Under the pieces are notes generated by a model. The model saw only the letters and a program-made list of their open reading frames with translations. It made no database searches and was not told the DNA's origin. 64,000 nt of DNA from an uncultured Gammaproteobacteria bacterium (GTDB taxonomy: Bacteria; Patescibacteriota; Microgenomatia; UBA12405), in the NCBI GenBank assembly GCA_964544275.1, contig CAZIZX010000005.1:4720-68719 (forward strand), in the 5' to 3' direction. Of this stretch, positions 8,683 to 18,742 are shown in pieces (the first letter of the stretch is position 1; every line of letters begins with the position of its first letter). The translations under genes were made by a program, and so were the position numbers.

Positions 8683-9937
8683 AAGAAAAAGGATTGAAGA
8701 TATTACAATCAGCCCAGAAAGGTTAACTTACCTGCGAACAAGACAAAACGAACTGTGGAGAGAGATGGAGGGATTCGAGAGAGTGTATTTTATCCAGGAA
8801 GGGTCAGCAAATTTGACACAGTGCCTGAGACCGTTAATCAGGAAATTCGAAGAGCAGGTAGCACGTCTGGCTGATGGCAATATTCCAGACATGGACAGTT
8901 ATGTGATATTTCTTGAAGGACTACCTGGGTCAGGTAAAACTTACATTGCCGATAAGATTAGAGAGGTAGTGGAAATTACGTCGGAAAGAATGAAGATCTT
9001 GAAAAATACGGAGGTAGATTTTCGTTATGTTCCATGGGAAGAATCAGAAGATGAACTGAGATATAGCGGAGGAATCGCCCGGAGAGGCATGGCGCCGGAC
9101 ACGGTGGAAGACTTGGAAATAGTAGGAGCGTGGATGACAGAAAAGGTAATCCGACCAATCAGGGAAGGCCGAAAAAATTTGATAATACTGGTAGAAAAAC
9201 CGGGGGGAACTTCAGTCAACTTAGAAGACGGGTTGGTGGTGAGCCGTCCATACGCTCCGACGATGAGAAGAGATTTAATAAAAAGAGAAGGGGTTTTTCA
9301 AGGAATACAAGAAGGAAGAATATCGGTTGCCAGTATCGGAGTGGTGGCCGGACCAATGATGGAAATTTTGGGTTATTACCGGACTTATGTCAAAAAACTT
9401 TTTATTGATTTTACTGAAGGCAGGTTTGACGAAGATGGAGCAATTAGGGAGGCTGACCGGATTGGACGATTGTTTGGTATTCCTGAGGCGGATAAGATTG
9501 ATACTTTAGCTGCTATGCGTCGAGTGGGAGAGGGAGGAAGCGTGGAAACAATCAATCGAGCGAGGGTAGCGGCAGATGAGCTAATCAGAAATTTAAGAAA
9601 AAGAAAAGTGTTGACCTATCCTCAATATTTGGACAGGGTACTGAATAACCAAGTTCTGGGGCGAAAGAATTTTTTTGAAGACTTGTTGTCGAGTTTCAGA
9701 TCACTGGCTGAGCAATCAGAACAGGTGGCTGAAATAATGGATATCACGACAGGCAACCCAAAAAGGGATTACTTGGAAATTTTGTGTAAAAATTTGGTGG
9801 CAGCCAGTGTTTTGAACCTAGATTTTAAAGGCTCAGACCGACAGGTTATTTTGCTTAATAATCCTGATATCAGGGTGAAAAGTATTAGAAGCCTGAGATA
9901 TTACCTAGAGCAAAGAGCGAATAGAAGCTGGAGATAA
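8666..9937 (+). CDS. P-loop NTPase / kinase-like hypothetical protein, translationally coupled to the histidine kinase
   Basis: Walker A LEGLPGSGKTY; overlaps the HK stop by 17 nt. Otherwise no recognisable family. Confidence 0.5.
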   Translation: MNRGPERKRIEDITISPERLTYLRTRQNELWREMEGFERVYFIQEGSANLTQCLRPLIRKFEEQVARLADGNIPDMDSYVIFLEGLPGSGKTYIADKIREVVEITSERMKILKNTEVDFRYVPWEESEDELRYSGGIARRGMAPDTVEDLEIVGAWMTEKVIRPIREGRKNLIILVEKPGGTSVNLEDGLVVSRPYAPTMRRDLIKREGVFQGIQEGRISVASIGVVAGPMMEILGYYRTYVKKLFIDFTEGRFDEDGAIREADRIGRLFGIPEADKIDTLAAMRRVGEGGSVETINRARVAADELIRNLRKRKVLTYPQYLDRVLNNQVLGRKNFFEDLLSSFRSLAEQSEQVAEIMDITTGNPKRDYLEILCKNLVAASVLNLDFKGSDRQVILLNNPDIRVKSIRSLRYYLEQRANRSWR

Positions 9938-10016
9938 TATAAAATTCTTACGATATGATCCCTTTTCATATGCTATGATTTAAATCGCTTGATAGAAGTT
10001 AAATTTTAATTAGACG

Positions 10017-10178
10017 ATGTCAAATAAAATTATTCTACCGATTGTTTATATGGGAATTTTTTTAGTATCTATGATTATTGGCAAGAGTTATGCCATAAGA
10101 ATTGAGGATATGGGACAATTTCTGGGATTAGGCGGGGTGGCAGTTGGGTATTTTGTGGGGAAAAAGATTAAGAAATAA
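10017..10178 (+). CDS. Possible small membrane protein (53 aa), below the ORF-track cutoff
   Basis: ATG at 10017, TAA at 10176; encodes MSNKIILPIVYMGIFLVSMIIG...GLGGVAVGYFVGKKIKK with two hydrophobic segments. Lies in an otherwise empty intergenic region. Confidence 0.25.
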   Translation: MSNKIILPIVYMGIFLVSMIIGKSYAIRIEDMGQFLGLGGVAVGYFVGKKIKK

Positions 10179-10214
10179 TTGATTTCGGGTTAGCTTCGGG
10201 TTTATGATAAGAAT

Positions 10215-11375
10215 ATGGATTTATCGGCGGATCAGAAAAAGGCATTGAAAGAACTAGAGGAGTGGTTTGGCAACACAGAGAGAGAACAATATATAACCCT
10301 GGGCGGGTATGCAGGAACCGGAAAGACGACCTTGCTATCGATATTAAGACAAAGGCTTGATAAAAAGAACAAAAAGTTAAAGGTGGCCTTTGCCAGTTAT
10401 ACCGGCAAAGCAGCCAGGGTGTTGAGAGGAAAATTGATGGAGCAAGAAAGTTTATACCTTCAGGATACAGTTGGAACAATACATTCATTAATTTACTCCC
10501 CCGTTGTAGATGGCAAAAAGGAAATTATTGGCTGGAAGAGAAGGGAGAGTATTGAGGCTAACTTGATTATTATTGACGAAGCTTCAATGGTGGATGATAA
10601 TATCTGGCGGGATCTGAGAGCTTATGGCAAACCAATTATTGCGGCAGGCGACCATGGCCAATTGCCGCCAATTAGTGGGTTTTTTAATTTAATGGAAAAC
10701 CCCCTACTTAGGTTAGAAGAGATTCACCGGCAGGCCCGAGAAAACCCAATTATTAAACTTTCGATTTTGGCCAGAGAAAGAGGGATAATCCCAGCGATTA
10801 CTTATGGGGATAATGTTAAAAAAATCCGAAAAGAAAACCCTGACAGTCAATTTGAAGTAGAAGAATGGCTGGCAAACTATAATGCTAATACCCTGGTGCT
10901 ATGCGGGTATAATTCAACCCGGGTACGATTAAATAATTATCTGAGAAAAGCGCTGGAGTTTTCTTCCGAAGAACCGGAGGTAAATGACCGAGTAATATGT
11001 TTGCGTAACAACCATGAAAAAGAGGTATTTAATGGAATGTTGGGGGTGGTGATGGATATTGTGCCAAAAAATGAAGATTGGTATAAGGCTGAGATCTTGA
11101 TGGATGGAGAGGAGAACCTGTACGAAGGATTAATTTATAAAAAACAATTTAACAGCAGGGAGCCGATGAATTTTAGTAATAAGCGGTATTTGACAAAAAT
11201 AGGTGACCTTTTTGATTTCGGGTATGCATTAACAGTCCATAAAGCGCAAGGCAGTCAAGCTAAAAGAGTAATTCTATTTGAAGAGAGGTTTGCCAAAATG
11301 AGTGATGATGAATGGCGAAGGTGGTTATATACGGCGGTTACTCGAGCGGAAGAAGAATTATTAATAATAGGTTAG
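10215..11375 (+). CDS. RecD/Dda-like superfamily 1 DNA helicase (AAA_30 + UvrD_C_2 type), short form
   Basis: Walker A GGYAGTGKTT, Walker B IIDEASMV, GDHGQLPPI, C-terminal YALTVHKAQGSQAKRVIL. Confidence 0.8.
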   Translation: MDLSADQKKALKELEEWFGNTEREQYITLGGYAGTGKTTLLSILRQRLDKKNKKLKVAFASYTGKAARVLRGKLMEQESLYLQDTVGTIHSLIYSPVVDGKKEIIGWKRRESIEANLIIIDEASMVDDNIWRDLRAYGKPIIAAGDHGQLPPISGFFNLMENPLLRLEEIHRQARENPIIKLSILARERGIIPAITYGDNVKKIRKENPDSQFEVEEWLANYNANTLVLCGYNSTRVRLNNYLRKALEFSSEEPEVNDRVICLRNNHEKEVFNGMLGVVMDIVPKNEDWYKAEILMDGEENLYEGLIYKKQFNSREPMNFSNKRYLTKIGDLFDFGYALTVHKAQGSQAKRVILFEERFAKMSDDEWRRWLYTAVTRAEEELLIIG

Positions 11376-11378
11376 ATT

Positions 11379-12524
11379 TTGTATAATTGGCAGATGATTA
11401 AAAAGGCGCTTTTGGTAATTTGCCTGTTTTTGGGTTTGACGGGAGGAGTTTGGGCACAAGAAGAAGACATTCCTTTTCGAATAGAGGAAAGCTTGGAAGC
11501 GAGAGTGGTAGAAATTATCGAAGAAGGTGAGGTGATAATTTTTGACCAGGCCCAGAATTATCAAAAGTTAAGATTAGAGTTTACCAAGGGAACGCTTAAA
11601 GGAGAGAGACGGGAAATCGAGGTGGGGATGACGCCAATGGTGCAAGTGGTGGAATACAAACTGAATGACAAGGTGGCGGTGGTGAGGCAAAAGGATTTGA
11701 ATGGAGAGGAGATGCTGACAATAATTGATTTTGTGAGAAGAGATGCCTTGGCTTTGTTGTTTATTGTTTTTTTGATAATTACACTGCTGGTGGCAAAGAA
11801 AAGAGGGCTTACTTCGGTAATAAGTATGATTATTACATTTGTGGTGATTTTTTTGTTTATCTTGCCCCGGATTTTAAATGGAGGCAACCCGGTTTTGATA
11901 ACAATTATGGGAGCCTTGGGAATTATCCCTTTCAGTTTCTACCTGTCCCACGGAAATAATAAAAAAACAACGGTGGCTATATTGTCAACCATAATATCTT
12001 TTATTATTACAGGGTTGTTGGCTTTAATTTTTGCTCAGTTAACAAGATTGACAGGACTGGCGTCGGAAGAGGCCGGGATGCTTATGTCTATAAAACAGGG
12101 AGAGATTGACATGAAAGGTTTACTGTTGGCTGGTATCCTAATTGGGACTTTGGGTATATTGGATGACATTACTATTTCACAAGCAGCAATTGTGGAACAA
12201 TTAGCGCAGGCTTCCGAAGGGATTAAGTTTAAGGAATTATACACACGAGCGATGAGGGTGGGAGAAGACCATATTGCATCGATGATCAATACTTTGGTGT
12301 TAGTCTATGCGGGAGCGTCATTGCCCCTACTTTTAATCTTTATAAATAACCCACATCCTATATCGGAAGTGATAAGTTATGAATTTATCGCTGAAGAAGT
12401 GGTAAGGACTTTGGTGGGAAGCATCGGACTAATTGCAGCAGTACCGATCAGCACTTTGCTGGCTTGTCTTGTAATACGGAAGCGTGCTTTTGCTAGAATA
12501 GGCAATGAGATCCAAGGTAAATAA
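11379..12524 (+). CDS. Multi-pass membrane protein, YibE/F-like
   Basis: Signal peptide, ~120-aa extracytoplasmic region, then 7-8 TM helices including GILDDITISQA. Confidence 0.4.
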   Translation: MYNWQMIKKALLVICLFLGLTGGVWAQEEDIPFRIEESLEARVVEIIEEGEVIIFDQAQNYQKLRLEFTKGTLKGERREIEVGMTPMVQVVEYKLNDKVAVVRQKDLNGEEMLTIIDFVRRDALALLFIVFLIITLLVAKKRGLTSVISMIITFVVIFLFILPRILNGGNPVLITIMGALGIIPFSFYLSHGNNKKTTVAILSTIISFIITGLLALIFAQLTRLTGLASEEAGMLMSIKQGEIDMKGLLLAGILIGTLGILDDITISQAAIVEQLAQASEGIKFKELYTRAMRVGEDHIASMINTLVLVYAGASLPLLLIFINNPHPISEVISYEFIAEEVVRTLVGSIGLIAAVPISTLLACLVIRKRAFARIGNEIQGK

Positions 12525-13764
12525 TAGAATCTATTATTTGGGTTTATTGATATTAATCGGGGCGTATATTTTGTTGAGGGTGGTTGGTTTTGAAGAGAAA
12601 ATGACATATCAAATGGACCAGGGAATACATCTGATGGAAAGTTATGAGATGGTATTAGAAAAGAAACCCAGGCTGATTGGACCAATGGTTACATCAAGAG
12701 TTGTGAATGGCAAGGGATTTTTTATCGGTCCTTATTATTACTACGCATTGGCAGCGTCGGGTTTGATTACGAGATGGAACCCAGTGGCTATCAGTGTGTT
12801 ATGGCTGGTAGCAGAAGGAGCGGTAGTGTTGATTTTTGTTGGATGGGTCAAGGGAAAATTTGGAAATTTAATATCTTGGGCAATACTTTACATGGTTGCC
12901 ACATCGCATTTTTTTATCGTACACAGTCGATTTTTTTGGAACCCTCATTTTTTGTTACCGTTGGGGTTGCTAGGAATAATTTTGCTGGATAAGTTTACAA
13001 CCAAAAAAAGACGATTGTATTTATATTGTTTTTTTTGGTTGTGGGGATTGGCTTTTAGTTTTCATTATATGGCAGTGTTTTGGGCTTTGCCGTTGGTTTA
13101 TTACTGGTGGAAAAGCAAGTCCCCCGTTAAGCTGACTGATTTATTAATGATGGTAACCATGTTTGTCGGGGGTGATTTGTTGTTTTTTGTTTTTGAAGTA
13201 AGACATGATTTTTATAATCTTACTACCGCCTGGCAATCGCTGGTAAATAATGTTGGAGGCGGCCAAGAACTACATTATTTTATATATCCTCTAGTCGGAC
13301 CAATTCTGGTAGCTGTGGCCGCTATTTTTAGCAAACTAAACAAAAAAAGATTTGGATGGGTAGCAATATTGGGACTGGGTGTTTTGGCTGGAATTGGCCA
13401 AAAAAAATATATTAATCTAGAAGTGCCCTACCGGCATCCGGCCGGATGGAGTTATCCATTAATTACAAGAACGGTTGAGGAAATACTGAAAGAAGGCTGC
13501 CAGGAGAGTTTCAATGTGGCCAGTACAATAAGCGGCGATACCAGGGCTTATGATTTAAGATTTTTGCTAACTAAAAATGGCTGTCGACCAATGGGGGTAG
13601 AGGATTATCCGCTGGCGGAAAAATTGTTTTTGATATCACCCCAAAATAGAAATCCGATGACTGAAAAGATATGGGAGGTGAGAAGTATGGGAAATATTGA
13701 AATAGAAAAGCAGACGGATATAGGTAATATGACGCTTTTTCAATTAAAAAAAGTTATCAATTAA
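12505..13764 (+). CDS. Polytopic membrane protein, putative GT-C-type glycosyltransferase
   Basis: 419 aa, many TM helices, acidic first loop (MDQGIH). Confidence 0.4.
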   Translation: MRSKVNNRIYYLGLLILIGAYILLRVVGFEEKMTYQMDQGIHLMESYEMVLEKKPRLIGPMVTSRVVNGKGFFIGPYYYYALAASGLITRWNPVAISVLWLVAEGAVVLIFVGWVKGKFGNLISWAILYMVATSHFFIVHSRFFWNPHFLLPLGLLGIILLDKFTTKKRRLYLYCFFWLWGLAFSFHYMAVFWALPLVYYWWKSKSPVKLTDLLMMVTMFVGGDLLFFVFEVRHDFYNLTTAWQSLVNNVGGGQELHYFIYPLVGPILVAVAAIFSKLNKKRFGWVAILGLGVLAGIGQKKYINLEVPYRHPAGWSYPLITRTVEEILKEGCQESFNVASTISGDTRAYDLRFLLTKNGCRPMGVEDYPLAEKLFLISPQNRNPMTEKIWEVRSMGNIEIEKQTDIGNMTLFQLKKVIN

Positions 13765-13779
13765 ATGATATGAAAGTAA

Positions 13780-15573
13780 GTGAAACTTAAAATAGTAATT
13801 TTGGCTATTTTGTTTTTTTGTGTTGGTGGCAGGAAAGTGTTAGCAACTGAGTGTGCTGACAGATATGCTACAGTGGTAAACCCGATCCGAGATAGAAAGT
13901 TGTGGATCAGTAATGATTTGGGTTGGCTGGATAAACAGTATCAGCCAATAGCGACAAGGGGGTTGGCGGCAACGTGGTTGGTGCAATATGACGTATTGGA
14001 TGATAAAGATTTGATGGAAGCTGTGCTGAATTTTGACGATAATCAGGAATTGGGACTATTTGTAGAAATGAGTGAAAAATTAGCTAAGGAAGCGGAGGTT
14101 TTTTATACGGTAAACAGACCTTGGTATAGTCCAGAAGTAGTGTTTTTGTCCGGATATCAAAGGGATGAAAGGATTAAATTAATTGATAAAGCATTTAATA
14201 TTTTTAAGGAAAAAGTTGGTAAGTATCCAAAGTCGGTAGGGGCGTGGTGGATAGATTCCTTTTCAATTGGTTACATGAGAGAAAAGTATGGAGTAGAGAG
14301 CGTGATGATCGTAGCGGACCAGAAGACAACAGACGATTATGGAGTGTGGGGACAATGGTGGGGAGTGCCTTATTGGCCAGCAAGATACAATGTATTAAAA
14401 CCGGCGGCCAGCCTGGATGAAAAAGAGGAGGTGGTGGTAATACAATGGGCGTTGAGAGACCCGAATTTGGCCTATGAAGGTGAAGGTCCAGCATACTCAA
14501 ACTATTCACTTCAGGCCAACGACTATTCCGAAAGAGGGCTGGATACAGAGTACTTTAAAAAGTTGGCTTCTGTTTACTGGGATTGCAGGAATAAGATTGG
14601 ACAAATTACTGTTGGCTTAGAAGTCGGGATGGAAGGGGCAAGATATTTTGAGGAATTTGACAAACAAATGGAATATCTGGCTGAAAACAAAAACATTAAG
14701 GTGGTGGGGATGAGTGATTTTGGGCGTGATTACAGAAAGATTTTCCCAGAGTTGAGTGAAACAGCTCAAATTGATGCGTGGAAAATGAACTTAGTGGAAA
14801 GAAAAAATGAAAATCTGAGGGAGAGGATTGAGTATAAAAAAGTGGCGTTTTTAGATTATTTTACTGAAGACGGGAGTAGCTTTTTGGACCGGAAGTTGCC
14901 GCTTGACAATAATGAGACAACATATTTTCCTTACTGGGTAATGGGATGTTTATTTTTTGGATTAGTGGCGCTAAAGATAAGAAGCTACCGGTGGTGGTTT
15001 TCGGGAACGGTTCTATTGTTAGCCGGTTGGGGGTGGTTGCTAAAATCGAAAATTGCCCTGGGTTGGCTGGTTAAATACGGACCGGTTCCGGAAGTCGGAC
15101 TGGCCTGGTGGCAATTGGGGATGGTGATATTGGTGATGGGCGGGACTTATTTAATTAGAAAGAAAAAAAATTTATTGGGATGGTTACCATTGGGGTTTGC
15201 AATACTGCCAGTTATCGGATTGCTAAGAGGGTCGATTATTGAAGGAGAATATTGGTTAGGGATACTGGTCAGGTTTAATAATTTTGTCGGAATTGGATTG
15301 TCAAGAGAAAAAATTATCCGATTAATTGCGACAGATTTACAATCATTTCAAGCGGAGTCGTTACTTAAAATTAATCTGGTGGAGGTTGGATGGCTGGGCG
15401 GGATAGTAATTCCAATGATTTTTGCAGGCTGGGCGGTTTTGATGACCAGGTTGGAGAGCAGGTCTAAAAATAAAAGGTTTCTGAAAAGATTGAAGGTGGT
15501 TTTGGCTTTTTTGTTGCTGTGGCATTTAATTCAAACAGTTTTGGGTGTACCGATAGAAGGAATAGCTTTATAA
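13780..15573 (+). CDS. Membrane protein with large N-terminal extracytoplasmic domain and C-terminal multi-TM region
   Basis: Signal peptide MKLKIVILAILFFCVGG, ~380-aa soluble domain, then at least 7 TM helices. Confidence 0.5.
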   Translation: MKLKIVILAILFFCVGGRKVLATECADRYATVVNPIRDRKLWISNDLGWLDKQYQPIATRGLAATWLVQYDVLDDKDLMEAVLNFDDNQELGLFVEMSEKLAKEAEVFYTVNRPWYSPEVVFLSGYQRDERIKLIDKAFNIFKEKVGKYPKSVGAWWIDSFSIGYMREKYGVESVMIVADQKTTDDYGVWGQWWGVPYWPARYNVLKPAASLDEKEEVVVIQWALRDPNLAYEGEGPAYSNYSLQANDYSERGLDTEYFKKLASVYWDCRNKIGQITVGLEVGMEGARYFEEFDKQMEYLAENKNIKVVGMSDFGRDYRKIFPELSETAQIDAWKMNLVERKNENLRERIEYKKVAFLDYFTEDGSSFLDRKLPLDNNETTYFPYWVMGCLFFGLVALKIRSYRWWFSGTVLLLAGWGWLLKSKIALGWLVKYGPVPEVGLAWWQLGMVILVMGGTYLIRKKKNLLGWLPLGFAILPVIGLLRGSIIEGEYWLGILVRFNNFVGIGLSREKIIRLIATDLQSFQAESLLKINLVEVGWLGGIVIPMIFAGWAVLMTRLESRSKNKRFLKRLKVVLAFLLLWHLIQTVLGVPIEGIAL

Positions 15574-15580
15574 TAAGATA

Positions 15581-16123
15581 ATGAAGGGGAAAATCATTGT
15601 AATTTCGGGACTATCGGGAACAGGAAAAACAACTATCGGCAAATATTTGTCGGAAAAGCTATCGATACCGTTTTTTAATAAAGATAATTTGAAAGAAATT
15701 ATGTTTGATGAAATAGGATGGAAAGATAGGGGCTGGTCACAAAAATTAGGAGCGGCGAGTTATAAAATTTTATATATGGTGGCTGAAGAAATGACAAAAA
15801 ACGGAAAAGAAATTATTTTAGAAAGTAACTTCCGAACTAAGATAGATGGGAAAAAGCTGAAGAAATTGAAGGAAAAGTATAGTTGCGAAATGATAGAAAT
15901 ATTATGTCATGCTTCGGGGAATATATTATTTGAGAGATTTAAAAAAAGGGCGGAGTCGGGTGAGAGACACCCGGGACATGTAGACCACTTGAGCTATAAA
16001 GAGCAGGAGGCAAGGTTGCTGAAAGGAAGGGCAGGGCCGTTGGGAGTAGGAAGGTTGATAGAGATAGACACGAGTGACTGGTCGAAAGTAAATTTGGAGG
16101 AGGTTGTTCTTGGGGTTAAGTAA
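15581..16123 (+). CDS. P-loop nucleotide/nucleoside kinase-like protein (AAA_33 type)
   Basis: IIVISGLSGTGKTTIGKY Walker A; 180 aa. Confidence 0.6.
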   Translation: MKGKIIVISGLSGTGKTTIGKYLSEKLSIPFFNKDNLKEIMFDEIGWKDRGWSQKLGAASYKILYMVAEEMTKNGKEIILESNFRTKIDGKKLKKLKEKYSCEMIEILCHASGNILFERFKKRAESGERHPGHVDHLSYKEQEARLLKGRAGPLGVGRLIEIDTSDWSKVNLEEVVLGVK

Positions 16124-16145
16124 AAGGGAGAGGAAAATCAAGAAG

Positions 16146-16634
16146 ATGATGAGCAACAGGCAGGAGGGAGTGATAGTTTTGGAAGATATTCACGATCCAC
16201 ATAATGCGGCGGCGGTACTGAGAAGTATGGACGCATTCGGTTTTCAAAAAGTGTATTTTATTTTTGATCAAGAGAAGAAATTTAACCCAAGGCAAGTGGG
16301 AAAAATAAGTTCAGGAAGTGCTAACAAATGGTTGGATTTTAGACTTTTTGAATCGACAGATGGGTGTATTGAGAGTTTGAAGAATGAAGGGTTTGAAGTG
16401 ATCGCAACAATAATAGACGGAAAAGCGGAAAGTATTTTTGAAAGTAGGTTAAATAAAGTAAAACCAGCAATTATGTTTGGTAATGAACATCGGGGATTAT
16501 CGGCGACTGCGATTGGCCAAGCTGACAGAAAAATATACATTCCAATGAGAGGGATGGTTCAAAGCCTGAATTTATCGGTAGCGGCGGCAGTAGTAATGTA
16601 TGAGATTACCAGGCAAAAATTATTGAATGGTTAG
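16146..16634 (+). CDS. SpoU/TrmH-family RNA 2'-O-methyltransferase
   Basis: Motifs FGNEHRGLS and IPMRGMVQSLNLSVAAAVVMYE; start at internal ATG 16146. Confidence 0.8.
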   Translation: MMSNRQEGVIVLEDIHDPHNAAAVLRSMDAFGFQKVYFIFDQEKKFNPRQVGKISSGSANKWLDFRLFESTDGCIESLKNEGFEVIATIIDGKAESIFESRLNKVKPAIMFGNEHRGLSATAIGQADRKIYIPMRGMVQSLNLSVAAAVVMYEITRQKLLNG

Positions 16635-16642
16635 GTGTGTTT

Positions 16643-17299
16643 TTATCGATTGAGTAAGTTTTTGACAGGTTTGTAGGAAAAACGGTGAATTTCACATGGT
16701 CCGTGAGTCTTTAGGGCCTGCAAGTGGGTTTTTGTACCATAACCTTTGTGAGAAGAAAAATTATAAGAAGGAAATTGTTGATGATATAAATCCATTTGGG
16801 AATCACGATAGACCTTGGCTAGAATTGAGGCGGCGGCGACAGAAAAACATTGAGAATCGGCCTTGACGCAAGAAATGACTTTAGGACAATTGATGTTGAG
16901 ATTACCGTCAACAATGGCCGTATCGAACAACCCCTGATATTCCAACAAGGCGGTATAAACGAGATTGATGATGACATTGTTTATCCCCTGCTGATCAATA
17001 TCCCGGGAAGAGGCGGAATAGATAGAAAATTTGTGAGAAGCGGAAAGTTTCTGGGAAATTAATTGACGTTTTTGGGGAGAGAGAAGCTTGCTGTCACGAA
17101 CACCGAGGTTGATGAAAGTCTGAGGATTAAAAGATTTCAGGTCAAGCAGAAAAACGGCGATAGTAACTGGGCCGGCAAGAGGGCCCCGGCCAACTTCGTC
17201 GATACCAAGAAGAAAACGAGTGCCTGGGAGTAGAAGGGATTTTTCAAAAGAAAAAGAAGGTGTAGTCATCGGGTGTTTTTTAGAAATTGAGCCAGACAT
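16643..17299 (-). CDS. rnhB: Ribonuclease HII
   Basis: LLGIDEVGRGPLAGPV catalytic motif. Confidence 0.85.
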   Translation of the reverse strand: MSGSISKKHPMTTPSFSFEKSLLLPGTRFLLGIDEVGRGPLAGPVTIAVFLLDLKSFNPQTFINLGVRDSKLLSPQKRQLISQKLSASHKFSIYSASSRDIDQQGINNVIINLVYTALLEYQGLFDTAIVDGNLNINCPKVISCVKADSQCFSVAAASILAKVYRDSQMDLYHQQFPSYNFSSHKGYGTKTHLQALKTHGPCEIHRFSYKPVKNLLNR

Positions 17300-17655
17300 T
17301 TCTTAAATTGAGCCAGTGATTGATAGTGAATGGTAGAGAAACCAAAGTTTTTTGAAGCGGAAATATGAGAAAGAGTGTCGTCAACGAACAAACAATCAGA
17401 GAGTGGGGCCTGGGTAATATCAATAAACTTTTGAAACAAGCGTGGGTCGGGTTTGAGAAGATGGGTTTGATCATAAGAGAGAATCGGATCAAAGATACTC
17501 AAATTAGACAATTCCGATGGAACAGATGAATAGTTAGAAATTATTGCCAGTGAATAATTTTGTTGTTTTAGATCAAGACATATATTAAGCAAAGGTTGAT
17601 TTATCTGTCCGTTGATTAAAAGTACGCCGCCGACATCAAAGATCAGAAATTTCAT
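17266..17655 (-). CDS. HAD-like hydrolase, short/degenerate
   Basis: MKFLIFDVGGVLL motif I-like (second Asp replaced) and LFVDDTLSHI motif IV-like; 129 aa. Confidence 0.45.
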   Translation of the reverse strand: MKFLIFDVGGVLLINGQINQPLLNICLDLKQQNYSLAIISNYSSVPSELSNLSIFDPILSYDQTHLLKPDPRLFQKFIDITQAPLSDCLFVDDTLSHISASKNFGFSTIHYQSLAQFKKCLAQFLKNTR

Positions 17656-18725
17656 CTGAAAGTGAGGCCTCGATTGATATTTTCGAAAGTAATCGAGGGA
17701 GTAACCTGAATAAAGCGAGCTTTCTGGTGAAGCTGCGAAATAGTGAAGGCACCAGAGTAACTAAACCCGGAACGGATACCTTTGTCGAGATTCGAGAGAA
17801 CATCGGAAACTAAGCCTTTGCAATCAGAAAGGGTTTCAATGCCCTCAACATAATTAACATAATCGGGGTGTTTTTGGGACGGATCTTTTTTGAATTGGCG
17901 GATTTTTTCTGTTTTTGAAGTAGAGCCATTGTAAGCTTTGAATTTTTTACCACCCACAACAACTATTCTGCCTGGTGTCTCGAGGGTACCAGAAAGAAGA
18001 AATCCGGTAGAAACGGCGGAGGCGCCAGCAGCCAGAGCTTTGACAATATCACCTGAGTTTTTGAGACCGCCATCAGCAATTACCGGGGTATTGGTTTTTT
18101 TGGCAACGGTAAATACGTCCATGATGGCAGTCAGTTGAGGTATGCCAGAACCGGTCTGGAGGCGGGTAAGGCAAATTGAACCAGGTCCGACACCGACACG
18201 AAGAGAGCTGGCCCCGGCTTTGATCAAATCGGAAGCAGCTTGACTGGTAGCGATAGCACCAGCAATAATTTCAATATCCTTGAATTGTTTTTTGGTTTGG
18301 CTGATAAAATTCAAGACTGATTCCAGGTGACCGTGAGCAACATCGACCAAAAAGGTACGAATGCCGATATTGTAAAGGGATTGGATTCGGGCCAGTTCAC
18401 CACTTTTGATGCCAACTGAGGGGATGGTGTGACCGTTGGCGTCCAAAACTTGTTTAATCTCCTTGACTATTTTGTCGGCGGTGTTAAAGCGAGGATAAAA
18501 ACTGGTAGCACCAAAACGAGACATAGCGATGGCCATATCGACTCCAGTAACGGTGTCCATATTAGTAGCAATGACGGGAAATTTAAGTGTAAGCTTGGGG
18601 GTTATGTGAGTAGAAAGATCAACATTTGCCCGTGAGTTAACGGCCGAACGCTGAGGAAGCAGAAGAACGTCGTTAAAAGTCAGAGCAAGGGGGATATTGT
18701 TGATCATACGAAATAAGTTTATCAC
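17652..18725 (-). CDS. IMP dehydrogenase / GMP reductase family protein (no CBS pair)
   Basis: N-terminal LTFNDVLLLP, catalytic loop GVGPGSICLTR, phosphate-binding GGLKNSGDIVKALAAGASAV. Confidence 0.8.
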   Translation of the reverse strand: MINLFRMINNIPLALTFNDVLLLPQRSAVNSRANVDLSTHITPKLTLKFPVIATNMDTVTGVDMAIAMSRFGATSFYPRFNTADKIVKEIKQVLDANGHTIPSVGIKSGELARIQSLYNIGIRTFLVDVAHGHLESVLNFISQTKKQFKDIEIIAGAIATSQAASDLIKAGASSLRVGVGPGSICLTRLQTGSGIPQLTAIMDVFTVAKKTNTPVIADGGLKNSGDIVKALAAGASAVSTGFLLSGTLETPGRIVVVGGKKFKAYNGSTSKTEKIRQFKKDPSQKHPDYVNYVEGIETLSDCKGLVSDVLSNLDKGIRSGFSYSGAFTISQLHQKARFIQVTPSITFENINRGLTFR

Positions 18726-18742
18726 GCAAGGTAAAATAGGTT

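Noticed and set aside
10215-11375. RecD/Dda-like helicase as marker of a prophage or mobile element
   Set aside because: No integrase, terminase, capsid or other phage genes, no flanking repeats, and housekeeping genes on both sides. Single helicases of this type are common in CPR chromosomes.
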